A stretch of 52,166 bases of DNA, counting the filler, from Bipalium vagum (lineage: Eukaryota), in assembly GCA_037834085.1 (NCBI GenBank). It is 2 parts of 2 records of this genome, joined end to end, with 100 filler letters (N's around TTAATTAATTAA, not from the genome) between each part and the next. Parts side by side here need not be neighbours in the genome. Positions count along the whole stretch, not along the records: positions 24,118 to 52,166 come from JBBMKC010062197.1; 1 more part is not named here. One strand, given 5' to 3'. Under the pieces are notes generated by a model. The model did not search any database. It was given only the letters and a program-made list of their open reading frames with translations, and had not been told where the DNA came from. Below, one piece after another: positions 24,118 through 37,177 of this stretch. Position 1 is the stretch's first letter, and every line of letters begins with the position of its first letter. The position numbers and the translations under genes are program-made.

Positions 24118-25121
24118 TAATTTCAGTATGGATAAAAAAATTAAATCCTGTTTTTCTTCTGGTTTACGAATTAAGAGAAAATATATCTTAACATTAACAA
24201 ACCCATTATTAGAATAAAAATAATGGGACTCATACATCGATAATAAAGATGTATTATTAAAATCGAAAATCATAATTAATTATTGAACATTAATTTCCTT
24301 TTTTCACGCAATTCAGAATCCTTATTTGGAAAAAATTCTTCTTTACTTAAGCATTATTTTTGTATGTTTAACAAAGTCACTTTTCTTCTGGATTTTTTGC
24401 CCAACTCTTTTCTACCTAAAGCAAAGATTGAATTTCAATTTTTACATAATATGAAGAAAGAAAAAATATAAAAGAAAACTCATTGCAATTTTTAATCAAT
24501 GAATTTTTACTTTGTAAAGTTTGTGAGAAAAATCTTAGAAACAAGGGTTCGTAGAGTTGAGGACTGAGATATTTTGGAGATTGGATTTTGTAAGAATTAA
24601 TGGAACGTCTTCGGTGAATGATGTTTAAGGATAACAAAATACAAGAGTGTGGAGATATAGTTTGATATGAAAATAATTTACAAGTTACTCTTTAAACAAA
24701 ACTTTTCCTCAATCTCAATTATATTTTGGATGCATCTTACCAAAGACTAAAAAAGTTAAATTTTTAAATAAAAAGGTAAATATCATATCCCTTCACATTT
24801 ATTCAAGATTTTTGAGTTCCGATTATAAATAAGATTATTTTCATTGGTCACTTGGGTTTCATTAAGTATTGAGGAACTAAGTGAGGTATTTCCTTACTTC
24901 AACAGGTCTCTGGTCATGTGAATATTATTCTCTTTGAAATCAAAATGGTTTCAATATTTGAGTCCCGTATAAGAATAATTTTTATACCGAAAAAAATTAC
25001 CAAAAACTGTACTAATGAAAAATGTTTTAATTACATTGTTTTCTTATTGATTAGTTTCTTTTCGGATTTACGCAAAAAACCTTTATTATATATCTATGTG
25101 AAGTATATTGAAAATTAGTTG

Positions 25122-25193
25122 GGGGATGTAGCTCAGCGGTCAGAGCAGTCCATGCGCATGTGAAGGTCCCGCTTTCGAATCCCGGTATCTCCC
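25122..25193 (+). pseudogene. tRNA-Ala(CGC)-like pseudogene
   Basis: GGGGATG/TATCTCC acceptor stem with G3:U70, A-box TAGCTCAGCGG, D-stem GCTC/GAGC, CGC at 25155-25157 and TTCGAAT loop. The anticodon stem and inner T-stem do not pair. Confidence 0.75.
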
Positions 25194-25969
25194 ATTAATT
25201 TTCAACTAACAATATAAAATACTTTTTTCTTTTCTGGATTATTCTGGCACTCAGTTTATACATTAGTTGTTATTGATTACTTCAAATATTTAATATATCA
25301 AAATTATTACTTGTTTTAATGTGCATTAAAATCACTTAAATTTATATCTTTTATTATATTGATAAAACATTAATTATAATTTCAGAGATTAAGATCAAAG
25401 CTCCGACTTGTTTTCTTTAGTTCCTCTTTCATGTATTGTTTGTATTTTTAATTACAATTCTTAGTGAGGAGTAGATATCTTGATACTTGTTTTCTTTTTA
25501 ATTGAATATTTAATTTATATTTATTATGTTTTATTTATTACACATTTTATCCCAATAGAAAAATAGAGTAGAATTGCTAGTATAATCACAATAGGAATTT
25601 TTGATAGAATGCAGGGATGTCTCTGTAAGATTAACGAAAATTGTTTTACATGAATAATCAAACGGATCTAAGAACAGATAATTAAAAGCGGAGATTTCTT
25701 CAAAGTCTGTATAAATTTATATATCATTCATTAATTTTATGTAATACCTCTCTGAAGTAGAAATAATATGAATTTTCAAATGTAACTACATTGTTATATA
25801 TAAAGCAAACACATCTTGTATGTAAATTTTAATTATATATATAAATTATTATATTATTATTATTATATTACATTTATTTATTTTTCAAAACACGTTTTTC
25901 AGCATAAACTTTGAAGGTACGAGATTTTATTTATTATTGATGCATTTCTCTGATATGTGGATAATCTCC

Positions 25970-26224
25970 ATCATAAAAATATTCACTGTCGAAAAAGGAA
26001 AGCAAAGCAAATTACTATTTTTAGACGTATTAGTATTAGAAAAAAACCAACATAATAGACGAAATAGATTAAATAACAAAAAAAGAAACCAAGAAGAACT
26101 GAAGCTCAGCACTGAGGAATTCTTTGAAAATTGTTTGTCAGAATTTTATGAAAAAGCGTTTGAAAACCTTCCTATCCGTTGGCAAAAATATATTGAGGCC
26201 TTAGGAAGTTATATAGAAAAATGA
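25970..26224 (+). mobile_element. Chimeric TE debris: Penelope-like RT fragment joined to mariner transposase C-terminus
   Basis: IFTVEKGKQSKLLFLDVLV resembles the Penelope RT FT.E.E....L.FLDV.V motif. EEFFENCLSEFYEKAFENLPIRWQKYIEALGSYIE* is a mariner C-terminus. Confidence 0.6.
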
Positions 26225-26902
26225 ATAATATTTTATGTCTTGTAACTTTTCATGTAATTTTTATACTAATATAATTGTTCCTTCGGCTTCATTCTAGATA
26301 CTTTTTGACGTCACCGCGTAGTTACCTGGTTTTATACATCAAATAAATGCAACTGTGATGATAGGTATAAAATTTATCTAATGAAAGAATTAATATAAAG
26401 TTAGCTCTTATTTTAACTTGAAAATTATTAGTGTTTTTTTTTAAAAAAATCAATTATTAGAAATAATATTTGTAGAGAGATAATGATTTTTTAAAATTAT
26501 TTTAGAATTTAGTATTCCAACAAGATCAAAATGTGAATATAGATCAAAAGAAGACCTGTGTTAAGATCTAATCACTGACAATGACATATATATTGGCTGA
26601 GATTATATTTAACCGTTGCATTTATAAGTTTTTTAATTTTCTAAAAATCTGGAAACTTTGACGCTTCATAGACAGACCCCTCTCTATGGGCACCTGAATG
26701 TACTCCTGGTATGAGAGATAGGAAACCCGTTGTTATTACATCCAAACTTAGTACTCCCATAACATCCTGATCTGTCTTCAGATCAGAGCAGCCAGTCATG
26801 AATATGTCTTGACACTTTGCATCGATTGTGCAGCATGTAACATATCCTGGTTCTCTGAAAAGTTTCAGAAAATACATTAGTCAAATCGAAATATATGTTA
26901 TA

Positions 26903-28181
26903 TTAAGTTGGCGCAAAAATAATGCATCTTTTATAACTTCAAACTTAGTATATCATAAGTCGGACCAAACAAACATTTATTAATCAAAGTAACATCCTTG
27001 TGATTCCACACATTTCTGTCAACGCAAAAAAAGATTGTTGATACCAGAAACATAGAAATCCGTTTGAGTGCACCTCACAAATTCCAAGAAGGCGTTTTCA
27101 GCGTCGGCTCGGTTGTTGAAGCACTTACGTACCTTGAAGAATGTTTTGTAGATTTTTGAAAAAGTGGAAGTCTGTTGGTGCTAAGTCTGGGGAATATGGA
27201 GGATGGGGCAGAATTTCGTAACCCAGTTCGTTAAATTTCTGCAAGGTTGATATTGCGATGTGTGGTCTGGCATTATCCTGAAGAATGATTGGTCCTTTTC
27301 TGTTTACCAAAGCTGGACTCAAAATTTGTAATTTTTGGTGCATACCGTTGATTTGCTGACAATAACTGTTGGACGTAATCGTTTTTCCAGGATCCAGGAA
27401 ATTGAAATAGATCAAGCCATGTACGCACCACCAAACAGTTATCATTACCTTCTGTTACAATTTTTGTTTCGGAAATGTTTTTGGAGGTTCACTTTTGTCC
27501 ACCTATTGACCAGAGCGTTGCCTATTATCGTACAAGATCCATTTCTCATTACATGTTACAATTCTATTCAGAAATGGATCGTTCTTATTACGGAAAAGAA
27601 GGGAAGACGCAACTTCAAAGCAACGTAATTTTTGGTTTGCATGGAGCTCGTGTGGTACCCATTTGTCTAGCTTCTTAACTTTTCAAATTTGTCCGAGGTG
27701 TCTCACAATTGTTGAATGGTGAACCTGAAGTTCTTTTGCAACTTCTCTTGTGGTTTTCCTTGAATCGGATTCTAATTGATCATTTTCAACAGCTGATGGA
27801 CGGCCACGACCTTCTTTATCCTCTAGACTATAATTATTGTTTTCAAACTTTAAGAACCAACGCTGAACTGTTTTGTTCACGCTTCCTATGCCTCATACTG
27901 CATTAATATTTCGTGCTGTTTCCGCAGCGCGTCTGTCTAGCTTGAATCCATAAAAATATATTTTACGGAAGTCCTTTTTCAAAATCTGAAACACAGTTTT
28001 AATTTCTAAATAAATAATTAAATATTTAAATTTTACCTTAAATTATTATTTAATTAATGCTCTTAAACAATTGAATATTACTAAGAATAACAATTAGATT
28101 TTAAAAAGTGTACTGTTTAGTTTTAAAAATGCTTTAGTTAAACAATGCAAAAAGATGCATTAAAGTTTCCACCAATTTTGA
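26903..28181 (-). mobile_element. Near full-length decayed mariner (DD34D; cecropia/Hsmar1-like)
   Basis: Degenerate TIRs (..TAATGCATCTTTT / AAAAGATGCATTA..). Motifs TVQRWFLKFE, WVPHEL, IVTCNEKWILYDN, VMITVWW, ILQDNARPH and HPPYSPDLAPTDFHFFK, with frameshifts. Confidence 0.92.
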
Positions 28182-28299
28182 TTAAAAAGTTAGAAAAATA
28201 AAGACGAATTGAAAATTTTATTAAATTACATAATTACTATTTTGATCGACAATGTAAAGCCAAAATTCAGTCACTGTAAAACCTTTTTGATTTATTGAC

Positions 28300-28745
28300 A
28301 AAAAAGTGAGAAAAGTTATTTTCGCAATCCTCTTTTTAATTTAATTTTACACCATTAAGGGAGTTCTGCAATGAGTGAAAAAGACGATAGTCTGACGGTG
28401 CTATATCAGGACTATATGAGAATGCAACAAAATTTTCCAATCAAGATCCCTCAATTTTTGCTGCGTCATGAAAGATACATTTGGTCTGGCGTTGTCATGG
28501 TGAAACACAACGTCTTTCCTATTGATTAATTCGGGACGCTTTCTTGCAATTTCCTGATGTACTCTTGCCAACTATTCACAGTAGATAACTGAGTTTATTT
28601 TTTGTCCTGGTTGGAGTAATTCATAATGGACTATTCCCTTGTAATCCCACCAGACACAGAGCATTAACTTCCTTAAAGTTATTTTTGATTTCGCCACATT
28701 TTGTGACAATGAATAACTAGTGTGGTCTACTCTTTTGTCATTGCA
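28300..28745 (-). mobile_element. mariner catalytic-domain fragment
   Basis: LMLCVWWDYKGIVHYELL, LINRKDVVFHHDNARP and YSPDIAPSDYRLFHSLQNSL. Confidence 0.85.
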
Positions 28746-29411
28746 TTACTGTAGTCTTCTCTCTAAGCTTAAAATATTCTTTGAAAATTCTCTTGTGGTA
28801 TTAGTTGTTCTTTTATAGTTGCATATAGGCAACGTATCAATTCTGGCTATGGAAAAACTGATACATTTCTGGTAACGAAGTATCATATAATATTTTTGCC
28901 TTGCATTGTCATACTGTAGAACAAGATTACATTTTATAGTACTTGGAATTTGCTGCTTGATGATTCGATTAAGATACCGTACACCAGTTATTATCAATAA
29001 TAACTGGAGCTGTTAGGCTCTACCACCATATTCCGCCCTAGATCATGACGCTTCCACTATAGTGTTTAAAAATCCATCTACAAATCTCTCATTTTTAAGG
29101 CGATTATTTAAAGGATTCAACCATCGTTTGTCCATAGAATAGATTTCTATTATTCAAAATTACATTCTAATTGTTCTCTTGTCCAAACTAGTTGATTTCT
29201 CATAGGAATAACACTAGATGAAATCCTCACGGCTGCACGAGATAAGTCATATCCTGAGCTTACAACTCCGTGTTTAGGTGTGTCCACTGACTTTCTTAAA
29301 TCATTCTCTTAAATTCATTCTCTGCAGACAAGTTTCATCGATTTGAAACTATTTCTATTCATCTTCTGTATCAAACTGGCACCTTGGCTTACACTTGATT
29401 TTCTTAGTCTA

Positions 29412-29900
29412 CAGTACCCGCGGAAAGTTTAGGAACACCTATAGAAAATAAAGAAAATTAAAACAAGTACATTTTTCATAGCATTTATTTAAAAAAATAA
29501 GATTAATTATTCAAACAGGTCCTGTAATTAATATTTACAAGCATAACCTTTGTTTTTAATAACAGATTTTATCCGATTAGGCATTGAACTAACTAAACGT
29601 TGACACTGTTCTTCGTTTATTTGATTTGTCCAAACTTCATTAATTTTCTCTTTCAACTGAGCAGATCCACTTTGTCTGTCACAGTTTTCTTCTTTTCTGA
29701 ACTGTGTCCACCATTTTGTACAATTCTGGTTGATAAATTTCTGTAATATTACGAAAAGTCAGTCCGACTTCCAGCAAACCATATAATTTCCCTTTTTCAA
29801 ATAAGTTTAATTGAACCACTGAAAATATTTTTAAAATAACTATCATATTGTGGATAACTGAATTACATATTGATATTATCAAATCAATTTAAATTGCGCA
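29412..29900 (-). mobile_element. Internally deleted Tc1-like element
   Basis: TA|CAGTACCCGCGGAAAGTTTAGGAACACC terminus. Tc1 C-terminus EEQCQRLVSSMPNRIKSVIKNKGYACKY* directly follows an N-terminal HTH fragment (LFEKGKLYGLLEVGLTFRNI). The other TIR was not found. Confidence 0.75.
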
Positions 29901-30227
29901 CTTGTGTTATAAATATATTAATAAAACCAAAAAAATGGCAGGTGACATTTTCAATCAAACTAAACGGACGATTTATTGTCATTAGACTTAATAATCCCAT
30001 TGTTGATAGTCTATCATGCGGAAATTATGAAGAAACAATTTTAAATAATTAATAACACTTTTAGTGGGTAAAGATATGTGGAGTACTATAAAAATACAAC
30101 TCATACAACTTCGGTTTTATTTGATTATTTGACAGAATGAATTTCTTGGATAAAGTTTTTATGTAAATATTTAAAGTGATAAAAAAAATATGTTTTCATT
30201 TTATGTCTTTCAAAATGTTCACCATAC

Positions 30228-33200
30228 TTGAGCTATCACTCCAGCCGCTTGTACCTGCGCCATTCGAACTTCGTTTTGCTTTCTGGAGATATCATCATCC
30301 AACTCGTAAATTTTTTCCGAAGAGCGATTATACGACAATCCACTGGAATCAAATGAAGAATTGAAATGAAATCTCGTCGACCAATTACTTACTCGTTTTT
30401 CAAGCTCTTTAAAGTATTGATAACCTCTTCGTTTTGTGAAATAAATGACATTAGCTCGTTTTTCTCTTTCAACAAGGTTGTCCTGATTTGTTGTATGGGT
30501 CGCACCGTTAGTTTATCTGATATTATATCGTCTCTGGCAAGAATCTTGAATAATAAATGATATAAGTGAAAATATATTCGGAACGGTTAACATACCTCGG
30601 GACAATCTCCGTCGGGTGGTAAAAATTGTTCTCGTCTCCAATAGGAAACTACTTGGTTGGTGTTCAGTTGTTTAACGAAATTTATTATTTGGTCATCTAC
30701 AGAAAAGGTCTTAATACTTCCTAGGAAGTGCTCCTGAAATTCAATAAGTCTTCGATGCTAAAATTAAGAACATATATTTAAATTATTTAATAGGTTACAT
30801 TTTATAATTCATAATATTTAAATATTATTTATTTCTAATAAATTTTAAGTAGAAAACATTATTATTTATAAATCTTATGTGGAGTTCTTTCATTTTACCA
30901 TTGAATGACTTTTTTTGAATTCGTACAAACTCGCGTGATTAGTTAACGAGGTCCCTACAAATGAGAGTGAAATGGAGGTTCAAGGAGCAAAATCAAGCAG
31001 GGGCTCAAATCGAACTGGTCTAAAACAGAATCAAATCGAGAAGATATATCTTACAAATAACAAGTGACTTGTGCATACGTTTTCCATGACAAATTATCAC
31101 GATTGAAAACAACGAACTTTCAAAGTTCAGACATTAATCATCAGACACATCGGATATCTTAATCTATTTTAACGGCCAAGATTTTGAATAAATTGATTAG
31201 CGATAAAAAGGATTTGATCTGGACATTATTTTTCTTCAAAGATTAGACCAAAAACTTCGCTACGAATTATTGAATCGTGTGGGAAATATCTTTAAGTGCT
31301 AAACTTTAACAGTATTTCCGCTTATAACATGGATGAGAGTAATTTTTGTAGAAGATGATATGAATGATTAAAAAAATATCTCCATATGAAATGTTTAGTA
31401 GTCCGATTTTTCTGAAATAGTGGATGAATAAATAATTTGCTCAAATTTATTTAATTTTTGATAATATTTCAAATATTTCTCCACCCATTGTAATTTTTGA
31501 AAAAAACTTTACCAAAAGAATAATCCCTCGTGGGGGATTATCTCAAGTTGTAACGGTATATATACCTTTTATTATTTATATTTTATATTTAAATTGTTAT
31601 ATTGAAATGAAATATATAAAATAAATTATTCTATATTTAAATAATTTATAAAGTTATAAATATAAATTATTTAATTATATTATATTAAAAATTTCAAAAC
31701 TATATATGATCTTTATATAATTACATTGAAATATTTTTCCATTTAGCACGACAGCCTATAAAACTGACGTTAATTATAAATAATAGTTCGTGATCATATT
31801 ATACCTTATAATAAATATATCAACAAAACGGAATATAAATTAATGAAAGCATATTTAATTAAATAATTTATATTTCCTTAGAAAGAAATCCTTGCATTTA
31901 GTGAAAATAGGATTTATTTAAATTTCATTAACAATTTTAAAGATTTATTGAACAGTTTAGTAATAAAATGTGTTAAAATATTTCGATATCAAATAATCAT
32001 GGCAAAAATAAGATAAGGACATTATAAATATATAAAAATATATAGATGTGTCCCAAAAGTAACCGAAACGCAAAGTTAAATAAAAATTAAATATCAAAAA
32101 CGACATGTAATTTCTTCCTTTATATCATTTTTACGTTATCTCAGCTAGTATTCATTTCCTTCTGTCAATAGTAGACTTCGGAATGACTGTTGTGGCTTGA
32201 TCTTATTAATTTTGTTTAAACATTTCCTGGACGTTGGATTAGAAGGCAAGTACTTATCTAATGGTCTACTAGATCCCCGGATCTGACATCGCCTGATTTT
32301 TTCCATGGGGTGCTCTACAGAATGCAATTTATGCTAATAAGCTGGTGACAATTGATCACTTAAAACAAAGTATTCAGCACGAATGGAACCAAATTTCAGA
32401 GGAAACTTACCAAAAAGTATGTTGCAGTATTTTCAAAAGATGTCGTGATTGTTTTGAAGTTCAAGGTTGACATTTTGAATATTTATAAATACTGCATATA
32501 CCTTTTAAATTTATTGCTTTTATATCTAGTTTTTATATAAGTTTTCGGCTAGGTTACTTTTATGACACCATGTATACATATATATATATATATGTACATG
32601 CCAAAGGAAATGTAACTGCTGTTAAGTGTAAAACAGTGCTGGTGACATTTCTTAAATAATAATTTTATTTGGTGGCATCATTATTAAAACTTGTAAGGTG
32701 CTAGTTGCCTTGTTTGTTTGCTTATTATGGAATCAAAACATTATTTATTTTAGGTTTTTAAAAAATATTTTGTTAAAAAAAAATTTTTAAACAAAATAAA
32801 TTTAAAATTCCCAATATGTTCTAAAAATTGTTTACATTCCATTGGATTAACTCGATTAACTTAATTAATAATATAATATTATTGATTTATATTTTTTTCT
32901 TGCGTTACGGGATTATCTTGGAATGTAAAACGTAGAATGGAATTAAATGTAAAGTGAAATTAAATATTAATCAATCAACAGTTTTAGGAATAAGAAGATT
33001 GCGAGAGAAGATACTGATTATATATTATTATACATTTCATCATTATGACTCTAAACAGGTAAAATAATTGTGTTATTATTAACAGTTTTATTTTATTGAT
33101 TCTTTTGATAAAATAGGAATAAAATTAAAAGGAATAGTGAAAATAAAAACAATATAAATTGAATAGCATTTTTGTTAATTTTATGAGCAAAAATGTAAAC

Positions 33201-36200
33201 AAAAATAAACCTGTTATTTTATTGTCAAAAGAGTATCACAATGCAGTTATAAACAGTACTATTATTACGTACTAAACTACTTCAAAATCCATGTGATGAT
33301 CGGTTTATTCACCAAATTGTTACTTCAGGTAAAAACTGGATCTACTACATCAAGAATCAATAGTTAGATATAGTCCAATCAGAGTATCCAGTTTCATAAA
33401 AGGCTCTATTGTGCATTTGATGGAATTTTAAAGGCCTCATCCACTTTGAATTAGTTCCGAACAGTATGACTGCAGCCGCATACTTCTATTGTGCACAAAT
33501 AGATAACATAATTGCAAAATTACAGCAGAATTTTCTGTCAATGGTAAATAGAAAGCCAGTACTCCTGTAAGACAACGCCAAAACAAAGGAAAAATTCAAA
33601 GAATCAGAATCTGTTGAGCTTTTACCACATCCAGTGTACAGTTCAGATCTTTTATTATCTTTTCCGATAAATGGTACATTTCAATAATTTTTGGCGAGGT
33701 GAAAAAGGGGTATCGAAACTTTTTCATGTCCAAGGACAAGGATTGGTATCATAACGGAATGGAACAATTTCCGGACAAATGACTTAAGACCATTGAATGT
33801 AACTAACTTTACTTTGGGAATTAATAAAAAATGTCCTACTTTTATTTCGTTTTTCACTATCTTATAAAAAACGACATTACTTGTGAGTTCGCTTATAAGA
33901 AAGATAATTTTTTATATAAAGCCACAAAGAATGATGCTGATACAAAGAACCAGAATTTTCTGCAATTTCGGTAAAACGAAAAAGTCTAGCATGGTCTATA
34001 ATACATTATAATAATCTTGTGTGTATATTTGGTATAGCTGCCGAAATAATATGGAAATCTTTATTTCCCGATTGGAAGAATTATTTCAAAACTTGTTAAA
34101 CTCTCTTATCGAACAAAGAAATGTTCAACATTGATTAATAATTGCGTTACCGCAATTAATGAAATTATTACAAATACTTCTGCTGAAATGGATCTCTATA
34201 ACCATTTTGTTGAAAAAAATATGGAATTTATGTCATCTGTGCCCATCATCAAAATTTCGAGCCTCTAAACACTTTTCAAAACATGTCTCTAATGAGACAT
34301 TAAGAGAAAGTTGTAAGATGCAACACGTTCAAAACGTTTTATTGTATATTTACTCTTCTAAATAAAAATATTTATATTTTATGATTAACTTCTTTTTACA
34401 TAATAAATGACCTAAACAGTATTTGTGCGACAAAGAGTCACAACTTGATGTTTTACGTAATTGTTTTAACCTAAAGTCAATTGGGTTAGAATAAGGTAGC
34501 TCTAAAAGATTTTCACTTTGAGTTTTATGAAAATAAATTATGATAAAATGAACAAAATTTACTTAAATGTAAGAAAGTGTTCGCTAGACTTGGTGACCTT
34601 TCACGTATGCTTTAGCAACTTCATTGATTTTTCTAACATTATACCAAAGATCAGAGTATTTGGTAATCTTTTAGCATCGACAAATAATTTTGTATTTTGG
34701 CAATAATTTTCATAATTATTGAAACTAATAAGCTAATCAGATTTTTCAACTATACAGAGCCATTTTCATCAACTACCTTTTCACCAAAATACTGTTCTTA
34801 CCATAGACATCTTCTTGAAACATAATATTTCAACCATGGTCTGTCTTCAGTGAAAAAGCGGTAATTTTTCTTACTCTCTATTCTTTTATAACAATTTTTT
34901 CATTACATGTTTTCTCAAAAATGACAAAGTCTTCAGTTGTCAAATAGCAATAAAATAATTAGTGCTATCTAATTTGATAATCGTTATTCAAAATATGGAA
35001 ACAAAAATAAAATGAAAAAAAACCTTTTAGATTTTAACAGATTTTTTTTCAGTTTAAAAATAGTTAATTATAATAAATGTTTTATTACTATGTCCTGGAA
35101 ATTTCAAAACACGTGTAATTTTAAATTGAACTGTTTAATTACAGCTTGAATTAACTGAAAAAACGAAAATGGCGCTTCAGTTTGATATATTAAAACAATT
35201 AGAATCTCAAAAACTTTATTAACATATATTTGAAATAGTAAAACTAAAATCCATCATTTTATTTGTGACAAACCGATATTAGAATTTAAAAAGAGTGAAC
35301 ATTTTTTTCGCACGTGAAAAACCGAAAATATTTTCATGCGATCCTTTATATTGAAAATATTAATTTAATAAATTTTAAAAACATAATGTAATCACTTTAC
35401 CTAAAAAATTGAATGGATTCAAAAAGTGTTCTGCAGTTAAAAACTGATTTATATAGAAAAAAGATATTTAGAAAAACCAAAAAAGATGAAATATTTTAAT
35501 CTTTCAATTTTCCGATTGTGATTTGCAGAAAATCTTTCTCAAAATAAAAACTTACAAAATATTCTTATCATAATTGTACGTACAAGAAATATGAATACTT
35601 TTTCAGAAAAACTTTACTCAATTTTTATCTTACAACAGCTCAATTATGTTTTAAAAAGTAATTAACCTTTTTGGTTATTGCACCAGCATACTGACCTAAG
35701 CTAGTGTGGAAAATCTGTATCAAATCCCTTTGAATTGTCTCCAGTTCCTTTCTCATTGAAAAATAGAGAATAATTGTGCATATAATATAGTATTACATCT
35801 AAAATACTGGGCAAAGCTTGGCTGTGGTACTGATCCTTCATTTTATTACTAGCCACTAACTGTAACACATAGTTATTATGAGAATTCAATAAACCAGGAA
35901 TGCGTTTTTGATCATACTTCTCACGCTGCAATTGGTACTGATCAATATATTCCCGATGAAGCTGCAAAGGAGAAATTTTTAATTAATTTTCATTATACAT
36001 AGATTTTAATAAATATACATATATATAATATTAAAAGATACAGTTATATATAAAGTGCTTTGTTCTTGCCATTTTTACACTGAATGAATAAATGGCAATC
36101 ATATATTAATAAATTTTGGGATCAATTATCTATTTCTCCTCAAGGGGGAAAAGTTAATAGACTAATTTCTTTTTTAAATTAATTTTTTGAGTGATCATGT

Positions 36201-37177
36201 TTTACAGTATGGTACAACAGAAGAAAGGGTGTTTTAAAACATTATTTATCATGCAAATCCTGTTCTAAACGAATGATAATCGAGCGATACATGAGAAAAA
36301 AGGATGACTTAGCATTTCGGTATATTGGAACAAAATGCAATAATTATAAAAAATATATTAACATAAGAACCGGTTCTATTTTTGAGAAGTACTGTTTTCA
36401 TCTAACTGTTTGCATTAAGTTGCTGCGAAAATGGTCCTAGAAGAAAAAGAAATGGACATAAAAAAAGTAGATATTAATAAAATATTCTTATTGACTTCTA
36501 TGATGATTGTAAATGTAAACCGATATAAGAACCAGATCCTTACGTACACTTATTGAGTAGAGCCCGACAAAGAAGTAAAAATGAATCTGTGGCTTATTTC
36601 AAAAGCCTCAAATTTTTTATTCAAAAAATACTTGAAATATCAGAGAAAGGTGTAGCTACAACTGGTGTTTCTTTGAATGAAATATTCTTGTTAATTTGGT
36701 AATATTTTCCTGCTGTTTTTCCTCACAGAATCTACACTACCAACCGGTACACATCATTTGCACGTAGAATTTTATATAATAGTAAAACTTAAAGCGTTTC
36801 ATTTAACCTCTTTTGTTTAATTACTTTTTCCATTAAAATTTATAATGCTGTCGTGAGATTAAATTACATTTTAATTATTTTCCTTTTCCGCAAAATTCAA
36901 TAATTACTTCTGATGAATTAGTTCATTTTTGATGAACAATTCACACTAATAATAATTATAATTAATTATTTGTTATAATAAAATTTTAAAAATACAATTT
37001 TATTAATATTAATTAATTAATTACTTGTTCTATTTTTTCAGATTGATCACTGAGTGTTTTTTCAACCGAACATCTGAAATCATACAGCTTTTCTCTTTGA
37101 GCTGACTTATGTACTGCTATTGATCTTAGTGGATTACATAAAAGACTGTCAAAATCGTCACAGAAGTCATGGTAGAC
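30228..37177 (-). CDS. F-BAR domain protein, probably Fes/Fer type (F-BAR + FX); internal exons 37177-37025, 35961-35797, 35747-35667, 30757-30596, 30544-30393, 30342-30228; partial at both ends
   Basis: Six GT-AG exons splice into one stop-free 276-codon frame. SHNNYVLQLVASNKMKDQYHSQALPSILDELETIQRDLI matches the F-BAR HNxYVLxL...YY...LP.LLD helix. DDIISDKLTVRPIQQ...KQNEVRMAQVQAAGVIAQ resembles the Fer/Fes FX region. Confidence 0.8.
32043..32574 (+). mobile_element. Internally deleted Tc3-like (WPPRSPDL-type) element
   Basis: FPGRWIRR..WSTRSPDLTSPDFF / WGALQNAIY..TIDHLKQSI..G*HFEYL*. Degenerate inverted ends GTGTCCCAAAAGTAACC / GGTTACTTTTATGACAC. Confidence 0.75.
33170..34488 (+). mobile_element. 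Decayed piggyBac transposase 3' half, interrupted by a mariner fragment
   Basis: NKNKPVILLSKEYH before the insert. After it: YKATKNDADTKNQ / SVKRKSLAWSIIHYNNLV..GIAAEIIW..FPDW, a Cys-rich tail CHLCPSSKFRASK, and a GGGTTA end near 34483-34488. Confidence 0.65.
33290..33895 (+). mobile_element. mariner catalytic-domain fragment nested in piggyBac
   Basis: DRFIHQIVTSGKNWIYY, LLCI*WNFKGLIHFELVP, VNRKPVLL*DNA, LLPHPVYSSDL and DWYHNGMEQFPDK*. Confidence 0.8.

Noticed and set aside
25122-25193. Functional tRNA-Ala gene
   Set aside because: Anticodon and T stems are disrupted, the B-box G is lost, and the discriminator is not A.
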